Positions 7,986-16,661 of a DNA stretch of 24,846 nt are shown in pieces. Under the pieces are notes generated by a model, which saw only the letters and a list, made by a program, of their open reading frames with translations, was not told the DNA's origin and searched no databases. Every line of letters starts with the position of its first letter. Position 1 is the stretch's first letter. Made by a program: the position numbers and the translations under genes. The DNA is from a virus (taxonomy: Duplodnaviria; Caudoviricetes): positions 1 to 24,846 of the IMG/VR virus record IMGVR_UViG_3300017914_000796. One strand, given 5' to 3'.

Positions 7986-10523
7986 TCAGTTCCCCACACT
8001 CATTTTGTATTCCAAGCTTAAAACTGTCATTGGCAATGGGTCAGTTTGGCTTATCGTGATTTGTCCGGTTGTACTAAACCCAAGAATACCGTGCGCAGTT
8101 TTTAACCCAGTAAACTCTGCAATCGCATCCGAGCTTGCTTCAGTATCAAATGTAATTGCTCTGTTGTTAATCTTGAGATCCTTAGTCTTATCCACCAAAG
8201 CATCAACCTGAACGATCCGCTTGCGCACACCGTGAACTGTACCGCTTTGCAGCGCTGGCTCAGTCGGCATTGTTTTTGCCTGGACCGTATAATCTATACC
8301 GCATTCAAATGATGATGTAGATGCAGCCGGGAATGAAATGCCTGGCGCCGTTACTGCACTCACCCCTACTTTTACTTTGCCAACACCGGCCTCGTCTTGT
8401 CCTATATTGATGTTTGTAACAGCTATAAACGTTTCACTTGATGATAAAGACGGATTTGCAGTCGTACCCATAGAGATAATATTCGATAAGTTCTGACCAT
8501 AGTAGCCAGTTCCAGTAATCGTAACATACTTACCAGATGTCCAAGACGTAAAACCAGAAAAATCCAAGGTGACGGTTCTTGCAATCCCGTCAAAGTCAGC
8601 GCTCCCCGCCCCAACGTACACGCCATCTAAAGTAAGATCACCCGCTGTATATACTTTTTCAGTAAAGACCCCATCGTCATCGGCAGATATTGTTATATCT
8701 TCTACAGTGTCATCATCTTGAACAATGCCATCAACAATTAAACTAACAGTCTCACCATCAAGATGCAGCATTTCAATTTGAGTTCCCACACCGCCAGCCT
8801 TCGATGAATCTAGTGTTCTATTGGGGTTAAAAACTTCCAAATTATACACATCTGACCCGTCAACTGTTCTTTTAACAATTACGAATACGCTTGAAACCTC
8901 AACCGCAACGGCAACAAATTCACCACTTGTTGTGAACTTGCTGGGAGCAATAACGTTTTGGCCCACCAAGATAGAGTAAACCGCCATCGATCCATCGCCA
9001 CCATTTACGACGAATAGTCGATCAGCTTCATCTGTGGACGCAGAACGCCGAACTGCGATGTCTATAGGATCATTCAATAGGTGCGATGACAACAGTGATA
9101 CGTTTTGTACCTGATATGAATTTGTATCAGATCCAAATTGAAACCCATTGATTGCACGGCCCTGACGTTGAACGAATATCGTGGCCCCGTTTAGATCCTC
9201 AATGGGAACACCTGGTTTTGATCCAAGCCTTGTTTGTGGGCGTACAAGAAAAGTGCTTGGGGTGATTGGGTTATCCTCGGACTGAACAACAATAAACTCA
9301 CCCCCGGTTGTAAAGATACGCAAGTCACTTGATGCAACAATGTTTACAATGCTGTTTAGCTGGTTTGTGTTTATCGTTGCCTCAACACTTTCATCATCTA
9401 GGCCAGTGCCAACCCCAAAGTTAAAGTAATCAATAACTCTCGAACCCCAGACTGTATTGGGTCGGGATTTAGATCCACCGAAGTATAGACGCCCCTCGTG
9501 GAATGTAGCCGACCGCGGCCATCCTCTCGTGCTAGACCACACATCCTCATATCCGTGTTCACTTGTCCATTCACCCGCAACAATTGTATCTGTATCAAAA
9601 AACGGAACCTCGACAAACGCTTTCATTTCCGTATCGCTAACATACTCAACATATCGCGCCCGGCCAAATGTGCTGTCTACTTGCAAGTATTCGTCAACCG
9701 CCGCCTCTTTGAACGCTTTGACCTCGTAGTGAGATGTATTGTCAGGCGCTGTATCCCACGCTGGATAAACCGTCAGAACCTTTGTTGACGCAACATAATC
9801 CTCAACGTGCCGCGTTTGCCCCGATCCAGTGCCAGATGTTATCTTGATAAACATCCCATTTGGATCATCATCAGATGTGTAGGACGTTGCAGATTTAAGA
9901 GTAATTGTATTGCTACTTCCCGCTTGAGCAGTACCATTATCAGTTGTGACGTTAGATGCGGTGATAGTAATGTTGCCACTCACCGCACTGGGCGTGACAT
10001 CATAGTTAGGTTGATGTGTATCAAACGCATATGCATACTTAGGAAGATTCGTTAATGGTAAGTTTTCAAACGTCCAAGACGTATCTGAATTGCGAACAAG
10101 GCGTTTTGTCTGCAAATCTTCATGGCAAAGAATAAGGGTATCAACCGCTTGCGTGTATTCTAGCTCATCAAGCATAGCCTCAGTGATGTCTGTGGCTACA
10201 ATATAATTAAGAGCCGTGCCATTTATGCCTCTTTGAACAGCTTTATTCTTAAACACATAAATCCGACCAACCACAAAAACCAAAAGATAGCTGTCGTTTA
10301 CGCTAAATTCAAAAGGAATAATCTTGAAGGAAGAAAACGACGATCCAAAATCATAAACAAATTCCAAACCATCCCGGCGCGTGATCCCGCCCTGAGGCTG
10401 AATTGTGACGTTTGTGGCTTCCTCGAGAGCATTGCGATATTGCTGTAGATCAATTCGGCCCCGCAATAGCGGATCTATTTCACCGACAGAGAAGTTTGAT
10501 TGATACTGGTTGATACGCATCAA
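7986..10523 (-). CDS. tail tubular protein B / nozzle (beta-propeller)
   Basis: 845 aa; QSNFSVGEIDP.L.GR.D, N...PQGG..RRDG, GWP..ATFHEGRLYFGG, C-terminal Q.DPLPMTVLSL; follows the adaptor gene. Confidence 0.88.
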   Translation of the reverse strand: MMRINQYQSNFSVGEIDPLLRGRIDLQQYRNALEEATNVTIQPQGGITRRDGLEFVYDFGSSFSSFKIIPFEFSVNDSYLLVFVVGRIYVFKNKAVQRGINGTALNYIVATDITEAMLDELEYTQAVDTLILCHEDLQTKRLVRNSDTSWTFENLPLTNLPKYAYAFDTHQPNYDVTPSAVSGNITITASNVTTDNGTAQAGSSNTITLKSATSYTSDDDPNGMFIKITSGTGSGQTRHVEDYVASTKVLTVYPAWDTAPDNTSHYEVKAFKEAAVDEYLQVDSTFGRARYVEYVSDTEMKAFVEVPFFDTDTIVAGEWTSEHGYEDVWSSTRGWPRSATFHEGRLYFGGSKSRPNTVWGSRVIDYFNFGVGTGLDDESVEATINTNQLNSIVNIVASSDLRIFTTGGEFIVVQSEDNPITPSTFLVRPQTRLGSKPGVPIEDLNGATIFVQRQGRAINGFQFGSDTNSYQVQNVSLLSSHLLNDPIDIAVRRSASTDEADRLFVVNGGDGSMAVYSILVGQNVIAPSKFTTSGEFVAVAVEVSSVFVIVKRTVDGSDVYNLEVFNPNRTLDSSKAGGVGTQIEMLHLDGETVSLIVDGIVQDDDTVEDITISADDDGVFTEKVYTAGDLTLDGVYVGAGSADFDGIARTVTLDFSGFTSWTSGKYVTITGTGYYGQNLSNIISMGTTANPSLSSSETFIAVTNINIGQDEAGVGKVKVGVSAVTAPGISFPAASTSSFECGIDYTVQAKTMPTEPALQSGTVHGVRKRIVQVDALVDKTKDLKINNRAITFDTEASSDAIAEFTGLKTAHGILGFSTTGQITISQTDPLPMTVLSLEYKMSVGN

Positions 10524-11137
10524 TACCTCACTTGAATAAGAGAGAAGTCCTCGATCACTTGCGTGGACTGCCCACGACCATCAATGTTCATTGCCTTGCG
10601 CATTTCACCGCCACGACCGTTTTCGCCAGGATTGCCGAATGCTTGCGCCCGAAAATAATCTGCCTTTGTCGCCTGGTCAGTGATTGGGATCGCTAATTCT
10701 GCGGCTGTGGCTAGTTGCAGCAACTTAACAAAGTAAGCTGGCATTTTGTATTCTGGGACGGATGCCTGATAATCGATATAAACCGTATCCAGGTTTGTGA
10801 ATAACTGGTTGCCATATACCTCCCATCCGTAACGGATAGGAGATTGACCGGATGCTGTAGATTCAAAAACAGCCAGAACCCCGGATAACATATCATTTGG
10901 CAAGAGATAAGCATGATCCCATTCGTTTATAGGATCAGTGTCGAGCTGCGTAAGCTGCCTTTTCTTTATACTCCATGACCAATGGTATGAGCTAAGAATA
11001 GTGTCTCTAAGGCTCGGATATAGCGTGTTACACGCCACTGAAACATCATCAGTATCTTTCAGGGATGTAATCTTTGACGCCCCCAGAGAGATCAAAGCGG
11101 CGGAGCAGATTGAAACGTCACTATCACCAGTTGCCAT
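10520..11137 (-). CDS. head-tail adaptor / tail tubular protein A
   Basis: 205 aa; ICSAALISLGA..I, L..YHWSW...R.QL, Y.LPND, MPAYF...L...AAELA.PIT; GGAGGT RBS; synteny. Confidence 0.85.
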   Translation of the reverse strand: MATGDSDVSICSAALISLGASKITSLKDTDDVSVACNTLYPSLRDTILSSYHWSWSIKKRQLTQLDTDPINEWDHAYLLPNDMLSGVLAVFESTASGQSPIRYGWEVYGNQLFTNLDTVYIDYQASVPEYKMPAYFVKLLQLATAAELAIPITDQATKADYFRAQAFGNPGENGRGGEMRKAMNIDGRGQSTQVIEDFSLIQVRY

Positions 11138-11158
11138 TGTATACCTCCAGGTAAGTGT

Positions 11159-11182
11159 AGGGGGCCAGTTTCCCGGCCCCCC
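11159..11182 (-). terminator. GC-rich hairpin after capsid genes (leaky terminator or 3' stabiliser)
   Basis: Minus strand GGGGGGCCGG-GAAA-CTGGCCCCCT: 10 bp stem with two GU pairs and a GNRA loop, 6 nt after the stop of 11189..11467; no U tract follows. Confidence 0.55.
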
Positions 11183-11188
11183 GGAGTA

Positions 11189-11467
11189 TTAGTCTGTATC
11201 GGTCGCTGTGATTGTTAGACCGTCTGTTACGTCAACAACGCCGCTTGCGTTTGTTAGGACGTAGATCCATGACAAAACCTGTGTGCCGCCTGTTGATGAG
11301 CGAACCAAGATTGTGTCACCGACCGCCAGAGTGTCTGACAGATCATCGAAGTAACCAGATGTGTTTACAGTCGCAATGGTATCCGTTGTGGAATAACCAT
11401 AAAGCGAAGGTGCATTACCTTTTTTGCTTGCGCCGTATGTTACGAATCCTGCTTTATCAAAAGCCAT
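11189..11467 (-). CDS. small capsid-associated protein (decoration/cement-like)
   Basis: 92 aa; YSTTD..ATVNTSGYF...L.VGD.I pattern; AAGGAG RBS; directly after the major capsid gene and before the hairpin. Confidence 0.65.
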   Translation of the reverse strand: MAFDKAGFVTYGASKKGNAPSLYGYSTTDTIATVNTSGYFDDLSDTLAVGDTILVRSSTGGTQVLSWIYVLTNASGVVDVTDGLTITATDTD

Positions 11468-11479
11468 TGTTCAGTCTCC

Positions 11480-12316
11480 TTACGCTTCAGTACATGAGAT
11501 CTTGACGATGCCTTCGTCGTCGATCGCTACCGATCCCGCCGAGAACATTGAACTTACTAGGAACGATGTTTTCTCTGGGATGTAGTTGACTTCAGACTTT
11601 TGCGCCATTGATTCAGCATAACCCATTGAGTCCTGGTGCCATGCGAAGCAAGAACGTGTAGATGGCTTTGGAACACCACCCTCGTCACGATCACCCATTG
11701 TGATGATGTTGAAGCCCATGAACGAGTTGATCTCGCCACGGACAAGCGCTTTTACTGTAGCGAAGTCAGATGATGTTGTCTCTGTCTCGCCTAGTAGAGC
11801 GTCAAGCTGTGATGAGTGCATCAACAAGTGACGACCTTCTTGAGGTACGTTCTTTTCGTTCAATGCTTTTGCAGCAGCGCGTAGCTTGTCGATGTTCATG
11901 TTCGACGCTGAGCCACCAACAGATGTTGCAACTGTGGATGGTGAAGATGCTGCGTTTAGAGCGTCGATGCAGATTTGGTCCATACGACGAGCGATTGACT
12001 TAGATACAACCTGAACCAATTCACGGCGCTCATCAAAATTCACGTGTGATTGGTGGAAGATATCTGAGTATTCAGCCGCAATGTAATCTGTCATTGTCGC
12101 TGTTACTTGTGAATAAGTCACGTTCAACGGTGTAACGTCTGTTTGTGGAACGCGAACTGTTGCAACACCTTTACCGATTTTTGGGAATTTTACAGTGTTG
12201 CCTTGGACACCAGAACGTGAACGCATGGTGCCGCGAAGTAGGGCTTCGCCCTGATATGCCTGTTTAACTTCTTCATCAAAGAGAGTCACAAAGGCGTTAG
12301 TAATACTCTGCGCCAT
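11480..12316 (-). CDS. major capsid protein
   Basis: 278 aa; FVTLFDEEVKQAYQ, KFPKIGKG, AAEYSDIF, FMGFN, NYIPEKTSFLV, AIDDEGIVKI; AGGAGG RBS; follows the scaffold gene. Confidence 0.92.
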   Translation of the reverse strand: MAQSITNAFVTLFDEEVKQAYQGEALLRGTMRSRSGVQGNTVKFPKIGKGVATVRVPQTDVTPLNVTYSQVTATMTDYIAAEYSDIFHQSHVNFDERRELVQVVSKSIARRMDQICIDALNAASSPSTVATSVGGSASNMNIDKLRAAAKALNEKNVPQEGRHLLMHSSQLDALLGETETTSSDFATVKALVRGEINSFMGFNIITMGDRDEGGVPKPSTRSCFAWHQDSMGYAESMAQKSEVNYIPEKTSFLVSSMFSAGSVAIDDEGIVKISCTEA

Positions 12317-12353
12317 AGCAGAAGCCTCCTATTAGGTTTCCATTAAAACGCTT

Positions 12354-12450
12354 ACTGTTAGCCGATGTATCTCGGGCAGTCTGCTTGCGCGAATGTGGTC
12401 GCGCCCACCACTGGTTTACCAGATCCACGGGCCGCGCAGCGGTTAGCCGT
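12354..12450 (-). promoter_or_regulatory. structured 5' leader of capsid mRNA (candidate cis-regulatory RNA)
   Basis: Four consecutive hairpins read by eye: 12427-12450, 12411-12422, 12387-12404, 12354-12380; the first and last share a G-CUAA-C / G-C-C internal loop. Confidence 0.6.
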
Positions 12451-12457
12451 TACACCA

Positions 12458-12486
12458 CATATACACGCAAGCTTGCTATATTGCAA
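12458..12486 (-). promoter_or_regulatory. putative sigma70-type promoter for major capsid gene
   Basis: Minus strand TTGCAA (12486-12481), 17 nt, TATATG (12463-12458); predicted start falls just before the first leader hairpin. Confidence 0.65.
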
Positions 12487-12492
12487 CAATAT

Positions 12493-13263
12493 CTAGCTGT
12501 TGGCCGCTGCCCATTGTTGTTCCATCTTTGTGCGCCACACTGGATCGCTTTGCCAGCGAGGGTCCGCAATCGCTTGGCGCAAGTCATCAACACTCATTTC
12601 TGGCGTTGCTACAACTGGCTCGGTCGGGATGCCTTCGTTTGTATAGCCCTGGATAAACTTCACCATTGCATTGATGCTATCGGCATTGTTCAGGCTCATA
12701 GCCAAAGCATTGCGTTCCGCCTGATTTAGTGCAGCCTTTGTGATATGGCGCTCCAGATAAGATATCTTTTGATCCGCTTTTTCACCAAGCTTAGACATCT
12801 CTTGCTGACGATCGTATTCAATCGCTTGCTCTTGATCCCCGGTCATTTCCAGAATGCTGCCAGCCAATTCCTCAAACGCCTGTTGAGATACGCCATATTT
12901 CTGCGCCCACTCCTGATACGCCTGGACACTCGGATCTTCCAGATCGAGACCTCGATCAACCAAATCCTCCATGTTGTAGCCATCTTCAGGCGCTTTATGC
13001 TTACCGAGCTTGAACGCCTTTTCCAGTTCGGCATAGCTTTTTGCAAGTTTTTCGACATCGGGTCCATCCTCATCCCAAAATTTCTGTGGATAATACTCTG
13101 GCCGCTCAATCGGCTCATCATCATCGACATCGTTAAAGGATGCATCCTCTTGCGGCTCATGTACCGGAATCGGCGCTTCTTCTTGTGCTGGCGCATCATC
13201 TTGTTGCTGAAAGCTGACAAGCCCTTCCTGGGGCGCTTCTGCTACTTGTGTTTCATCAGACAT
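12493..13263 (-). CDS. capsid assembly scaffolding protein
   Basis: 256 aa acidic; RPEYYPQKFWD, LAKSYAELEK, C-terminal DPRWQSDP; lies between portal and capsid genes. Confidence 0.85.
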   Translation of the reverse strand: MSDETQVAEAPQEGLVSFQQQDDAPAQEEAPIPVHEPQEDASFNDVDDDEPIERPEYYPQKFWDEDGPDVEKLAKSYAELEKAFKLGKHKAPEDGYNMEDLVDRGLDLEDPSVQAYQEWAQKYGVSQQAFEELAGSILEMTGDQEQAIEYDRQQEMSKLGEKADQKISYLERHITKAALNQAERNALAMSLNNADSINAMVKFIQGYTNEGIPTEPVVATPEMSVDDLRQAIADPRWQSDPVWRTKMEQQWAAANS

Positions 13264-13513
13264 TGTTTGACCTTTCTACCCTGCGCTCGATCAGGCGAAC
13301 AAGCTCAGACATACCAGTTCTGACATAGCCGTGACTTGCATCTTCGCCTGGGAACCAGGACGGTTGTTCGATAGTTATCTGCCGCAAGTGACTTAACACT
13401 TTTTGGCCTTCCTCAGATTTAAAGAGACGACCATATAACAGGTCAATCTCATCCGCCTTTGGCGGTTCTGCAAACGCTGGGCTTAGTCCTTCCCATCCAT
13501 CTGCCGAACTCAT
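13256..13513 (-). CDS. small conserved phage protein (Bbp19-like)
   Basis: 85 aa; LFKSEEGQKVLSHLR...G...LVRLIE pattern; typical position between portal and scaffold. Confidence 0.7.
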   Translation of the reverse strand: MSSADGWEGLSPAFAEPPKADEIDLLYGRLFKSEEGQKVLSHLRQITIEQPSWFPGEDASHGYVRTGMSELVRLIERRVERSNNV

Positions 13514-15069
13514 TGCATGGCCTCCACAACTTGCTCATCACCGGGTAACGCTTGTTGCTGTTGTGCCATCATTTGTTGCTGCATCTGCATCATCATCATT
13601 TGCTGTTCTTCCGCTGAATTTAGAACGCGCTGATCGATGCCCATCTTTTCTGCGATAAACGCTACCGCTTCCTGAACATTGATGATTGTCTGACCCGCTG
13701 GACCCATTGCCTGGGCGATCTGCATAAAGTTCAACACTTTGTTGACCTCCTCCATCTTTGGCGCTTCGGCCAGTGGAGACACGGGTGTAACTTTAATTTG
13801 AACGCCATCGACACGCAGGGGCAGATCGATCAGACCCTGGCGATCAAGTACAAACAAGATGCGCGCGATCATTGGATTCATGATCTCTGTCATTAAGCGA
13901 CCGAACGCAGATCCCAGGTTTGTCGCCAGTTCAGCTTGCCGTTGTGCAATCTCTGTTGCTGATCGAGCTGACATTGTATCCGGCGGTAACGTATCATCCA
14001 TCAGGATCTTTTTGATATTTACACGCAAGTCCTGGATCACAATCTGACTTGTGTTAAAGTCCCCAGCCCTAGGGAGAGGGGCCAGGGACGCACCCCCTGG
14101 GCCACCATTCCGAGCGACAGGAATGATTGCTCCCGGCTGGATCTTGATGTTCTGCGGGTTGAGTACGCCATCATCCGCAGCGAGGAATACACCAGAGATC
14201 GCCAAGCTTGCGTTTTTCAACACTAGCTCGAGGGTTTTGTTTAGTGTCTTGATGTCTGCGATTGCATCCACCAAAGGCCCACGGCCATAAACTTCACCCG
14301 CCGTTTTGCTGAAACGTGCAACAATGAACGGGCTAGATTGCATTTCACGATAAACCAGTTGCTGCGATTTAGCTGGCCATACCACATGATAGTGGTATCT
14401 GCCGCTTTCCTGATCAAAGATAATGGCGTCGAATAGATCCAGTTCCTCGCTCGGGCGCTGTGTCATTGCGTCCTGTAGCTGAGGCGTCATTTCGACATCA
14501 GGAAACTCGCGCTGAATTGCCTCTGCTTTGATCCGAAGCTTACGATACACGTTATCGATTGTGCCGTTAGCGCCTTCCTCTATCGCAACTAGATACTGTG
14601 GGACTGCAGTGAAGCGGATCGGTGTGACTTCATCGCCGGGCATAATCATCATCACGGCTGTGCCTACGCATAGATCGAGCAAGAACTCGCCCATCGCCAG
14701 GTCAAAGCTTGTCTGACGCAGTTGGTCAAACATAATGTCAACATATGCATCCAGGATCTCTTGTGCCTGTGGGCGTTGCTGCAACGGAATGCCTGACCCA
14801 GGTTCTAGCTTGCACCAATGACGATTGGGCGGAAATAGCCCGGCTTGCATACGGTTTGCAAAGCGTTTGGTCGAGGACATGGCTGTACTGTCGAACACCC
14901 GCTGCATTTTGTTTTTGCCTGGCGTCTTACCTTCCCAGTAGCCATCATACAGATTGCGCTGGGGCAGGGCGTATTCATAGCAATCCTCATAGATCGAACG
15001 CCATTCGTCTTTTCGCGCTTGTGCCTTAGCTTCGCGCTGCATCACTTCTTTTACGTTAAGCTTGGGCAT
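13510..15069 (-). CDS. portal (head-tail connector) protein
   Basis: 519 aa; FDSTA, LDLCVGTA, PFIVARF...GEVYGRGP, RSATEI, SPLA, Gln/Met-rich tail: T7 gp8/Bbp21-type portal motifs. Confidence 0.93.
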   Translation of the reverse strand: MPKLNVKEVMQREAKAQARKDEWRSIYEDCYEYALPQRNLYDGYWEGKTPGKNKMQRVFDSTAMSSTKRFANRMQAGLFPPNRHWCKLEPGSGIPLQQRPQAQEILDAYVDIMFDQLRQTSFDLAMGEFLLDLCVGTAVMMIMPGDEVTPIRFTAVPQYLVAIEEGANGTIDNVYRKLRIKAEAIQREFPDVEMTPQLQDAMTQRPSEELDLFDAIIFDQESGRYHYHVVWPAKSQQLVYREMQSSPFIVARFSKTAGEVYGRGPLVDAIADIKTLNKTLELVLKNASLAISGVFLAADDGVLNPQNIKIQPGAIIPVARNGGPGGASLAPLPRAGDFNTSQIVIQDLRVNIKKILMDDTLPPDTMSARSATEIAQRQAELATNLGSAFGRLMTEIMNPMIARILFVLDRQGLIDLPLRVDGVQIKVTPVSPLAEAPKMEEVNKVLNFMQIAQAMGPAGQTIINVQEAVAFIAEKMGIDQRVLNSAEEQQMMMMQMQQQMMAQQQQALPGDEQVVEAMQ

Positions 15070-15346
15070 TCTTGTTCCTTTTACTTATGGCCGCAGCCTT
15101 TTTACGCGCATCTGCTTTTGACGAAGCACCCCAGGCACGGAGGGATAGTAGCAGCCGGGTGGGATTTCCCTGACTATCGCGCTCCGGCCCAGGGTTCCCC
15201 GCCATACGAGCCAGGCAGGACGCCCGACGAGGATTGTCGCCTTTCTTCACAGGGGGTTTCAGGTTAGATCCTGATTTCCGCTTGAAGTAGGCCCGACCAG
15301 CAGCGTTCAAACCGCCTTTAGGATTTTGATGCGCTTTTTTTACCAC
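15056..15346 (-). CDS. small highly basic conserved phage protein (DUF6321-like from memory)
   Basis: NPKGGLNAAGR...NLKPPV...RRAS.LARM...RLLLSLRAWG; probable GTG start at 15346 rather than 15406, start uncertain. Confidence 0.65.
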   Translation of the reverse strand: MVKKAHQNPKGGLNAAGRAYFKRKSGSNLKPPVKKGDNPRRASCLARMAGNPGPERDSQGNPTRLLLSLRAWGASSKADARKKAAAISKRNKNAQA

Positions 15347-15521
15347 GGGTTGTTGCTTTCTTTTTAGGGGCTTTCTTTGGTGCCTTACCGCCTTCCCAAG
15401 CTTCATTCACATCAGGGGTTGATGGATCGTCTGCAATCAGTTGGCCCTTGTCGTTTCTAGCGCGTTTTGGTTCTGCGATCTCTCTGCGATACACTCGCGG
15501 ATCATCTTTGATCTTTGTCAT
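15318..15521 (-). CDS. small basic phage protein
   Basis: 67 aa; KRARNDKGQLIADDPSTPDVNEAW motif and Lys-rich tail; ATGA overlap with the upstream gene. Confidence 0.7.
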   Translation of the reverse strand: MTKIKDDPRVYRREIAEPKRARNDKGQLIADDPSTPDVNEAWEGGKAPKKAPKKKATTRGKKSASKS

Positions 15522-15946
15522 GATAATTTCAAAAGAGTCATATACCGCTTGCGTAGCGCAGCCACTCTTTCGCCCTTCTCTTTTTCAAACTTTTTCCGTG
15601 CAGCTTGGCCCTCGGCTCGACGTTTTTGCATTTCAAGCTCGGCCTTGGATGGGCCTTTTGGACTTGATGGCGCATCATCATCGTTTGATGCCATCATATT
15701 ATCCATCATCTCTTGAGATTTTTTCTTGCGCTTCTCCAAGTCACGATAGTAAGCGGCATTTTTAGGCTTAATACCCAAGTCCATTTGAATATCGTCAAAA
15801 GTAGAATTTGCTGGGGCACTACTAATCGCATCAAGACTTACATACCCACTTGGCCCAATCGCGCTACTTGTTGAAGAAAAGTTACCAACCGATGCTGACG
15901 GGGCTTTAGGCTTACTTAAAGATTTGAATATCGAACCTAAAAGCAT
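15518..15946 (-). CDS. hypothetical phage protein
   Basis: 142 aa; TAATG overlap upstream and ATGA overlap downstream; Ser-rich N-half and charged helical C-half. Confidence 0.65.
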   Translation of the reverse strand: MLLGSIFKSLSKPKAPSASVGNFSSTSSAIGPSGYVSLDAISSAPANSTFDDIQMDLGIKPKNAAYYRDLEKRKKKSQEMMDNMMASNDDDAPSSPKGPSKAELEMQKRRAEGQAARKKFEKEKGERVAALRKRYMTLLKLS

Positions 15947-16179
15947 TATTCACCACCACCAAGTTTCTTTTGAGACCCGATTGTACCTGGCCCCTCAAGT
16001 TTCATAGGGGAAAATAGTAGCCTCAAACCACCAGTTTGCATTAATCTGCGCCTTGCAGCTGCGGCGGTCATTTCTTCTTTTTCTTTTGCTTCAGCCGAAG
16101 CCGCTTGCTGGAGTTGTGCCTCCTCAAGATCAATCTGCGCTTGAGACTTTGCTGGTGGTCGTGAACTTAATCCGCCCAT
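15946..16179 (-). CDS. small virion-associated protein (T7 gp6.7/7.3 positional analogue)
   Basis: 77 aa; starts MGG, ends KKLGG; GAGGT RBS; upstream of portal. Confidence 0.6.
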   Translation of the reverse strand: MGGLSSRPPAKSQAQIDLEEAQLQQAASAEAKEKEEMTAAAARRRLMQTGGLRLLFSPMKLEGPGTIGSQKKLGGGE

Positions 16180-16661
16180 TACTTGAACCTCGCCATAGAA
16201 AAATAGTCAGCCCCTTCCGGGCCAAACTTCCTTAATTTGCACTCTACCTCAAAATGTAGTGCCTTGGCAAACCTTAACGCTACCATATGTTGATCTTTTA
16301 CAAATATCTGCATTCTAGCGATATCGTAGCTCTCGAAAGCCTGGGCAAGTGTAGCTCTCGCCCCGACCAAAGTTGTCCTGGTGTGCTTGTCTAAACCTTC
16401 GCCTGGAATAAACCAGCACTCGACCAGGCCAGGCCACACCTGGCGCAAGCCATAGCAAGCAACGACCTTGCCTCGACCGATCGCAGTCCAAGACCAACCC
16501 AGTTCTGAATTGTCATAAATATAATCTAAGTATCCTGGGATCACAGCCTGGTAAGCTTTTTCATGCGGTCCAAGCTCGAGCATAAACAAATGCTCGTATT
16601 GAAGCGGCACAATCTGTTCATCGGGCCGGGTTTTAAACGTTGGAAGCTGAATGAGTGACAT
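16179..16661 (-). CDS. GNAT-fold acetyltransferase-like protein
   Basis: 160 aa; VVACYG...WPGLVECW, ALRFAKALHFEVECKLRKFGPEGADY matches the C-terminal GNAT motif of phage acetyltransferase-like proteins. Confidence 0.7.
   Translation of the reverse strand: MSLIQLPTFKTRPDEQIVPLQYEHLFMLELGPHEKAYQAVIPGYLDYIYDNSELGWSWTAIGRGKVVACYGLRQVWPGLVECWFIPGEGLDKHTRTTLVGARATLAQAFESYDIARMQIFVKDQHMVALRFAKALHFEVECKLRKFGPEGADYFSMARFK

Noticed and set aside
12317-12492. tRNA or known riboswitch in the capsid leader
   Set aside because: No cloverleaf or T-loop consensus and no riboswitch consensus that I recognise; kept only as an unclassified structured leader.
12745-13323. 192 aa plus-strand ORF opposite the scaffold gene, and other antisense ORFs across 130-21619
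   Set aside because: Antisense shadows of well-supported genes; no recognisable motifs and composition typical of reverse-frame translation.
13550-13605. CAG/ATG-rich repeat encoding QQMMMMQMQQQMMAQQQQ
   Set aside because: Ordinary low-complexity C-terminal tail of this portal family.
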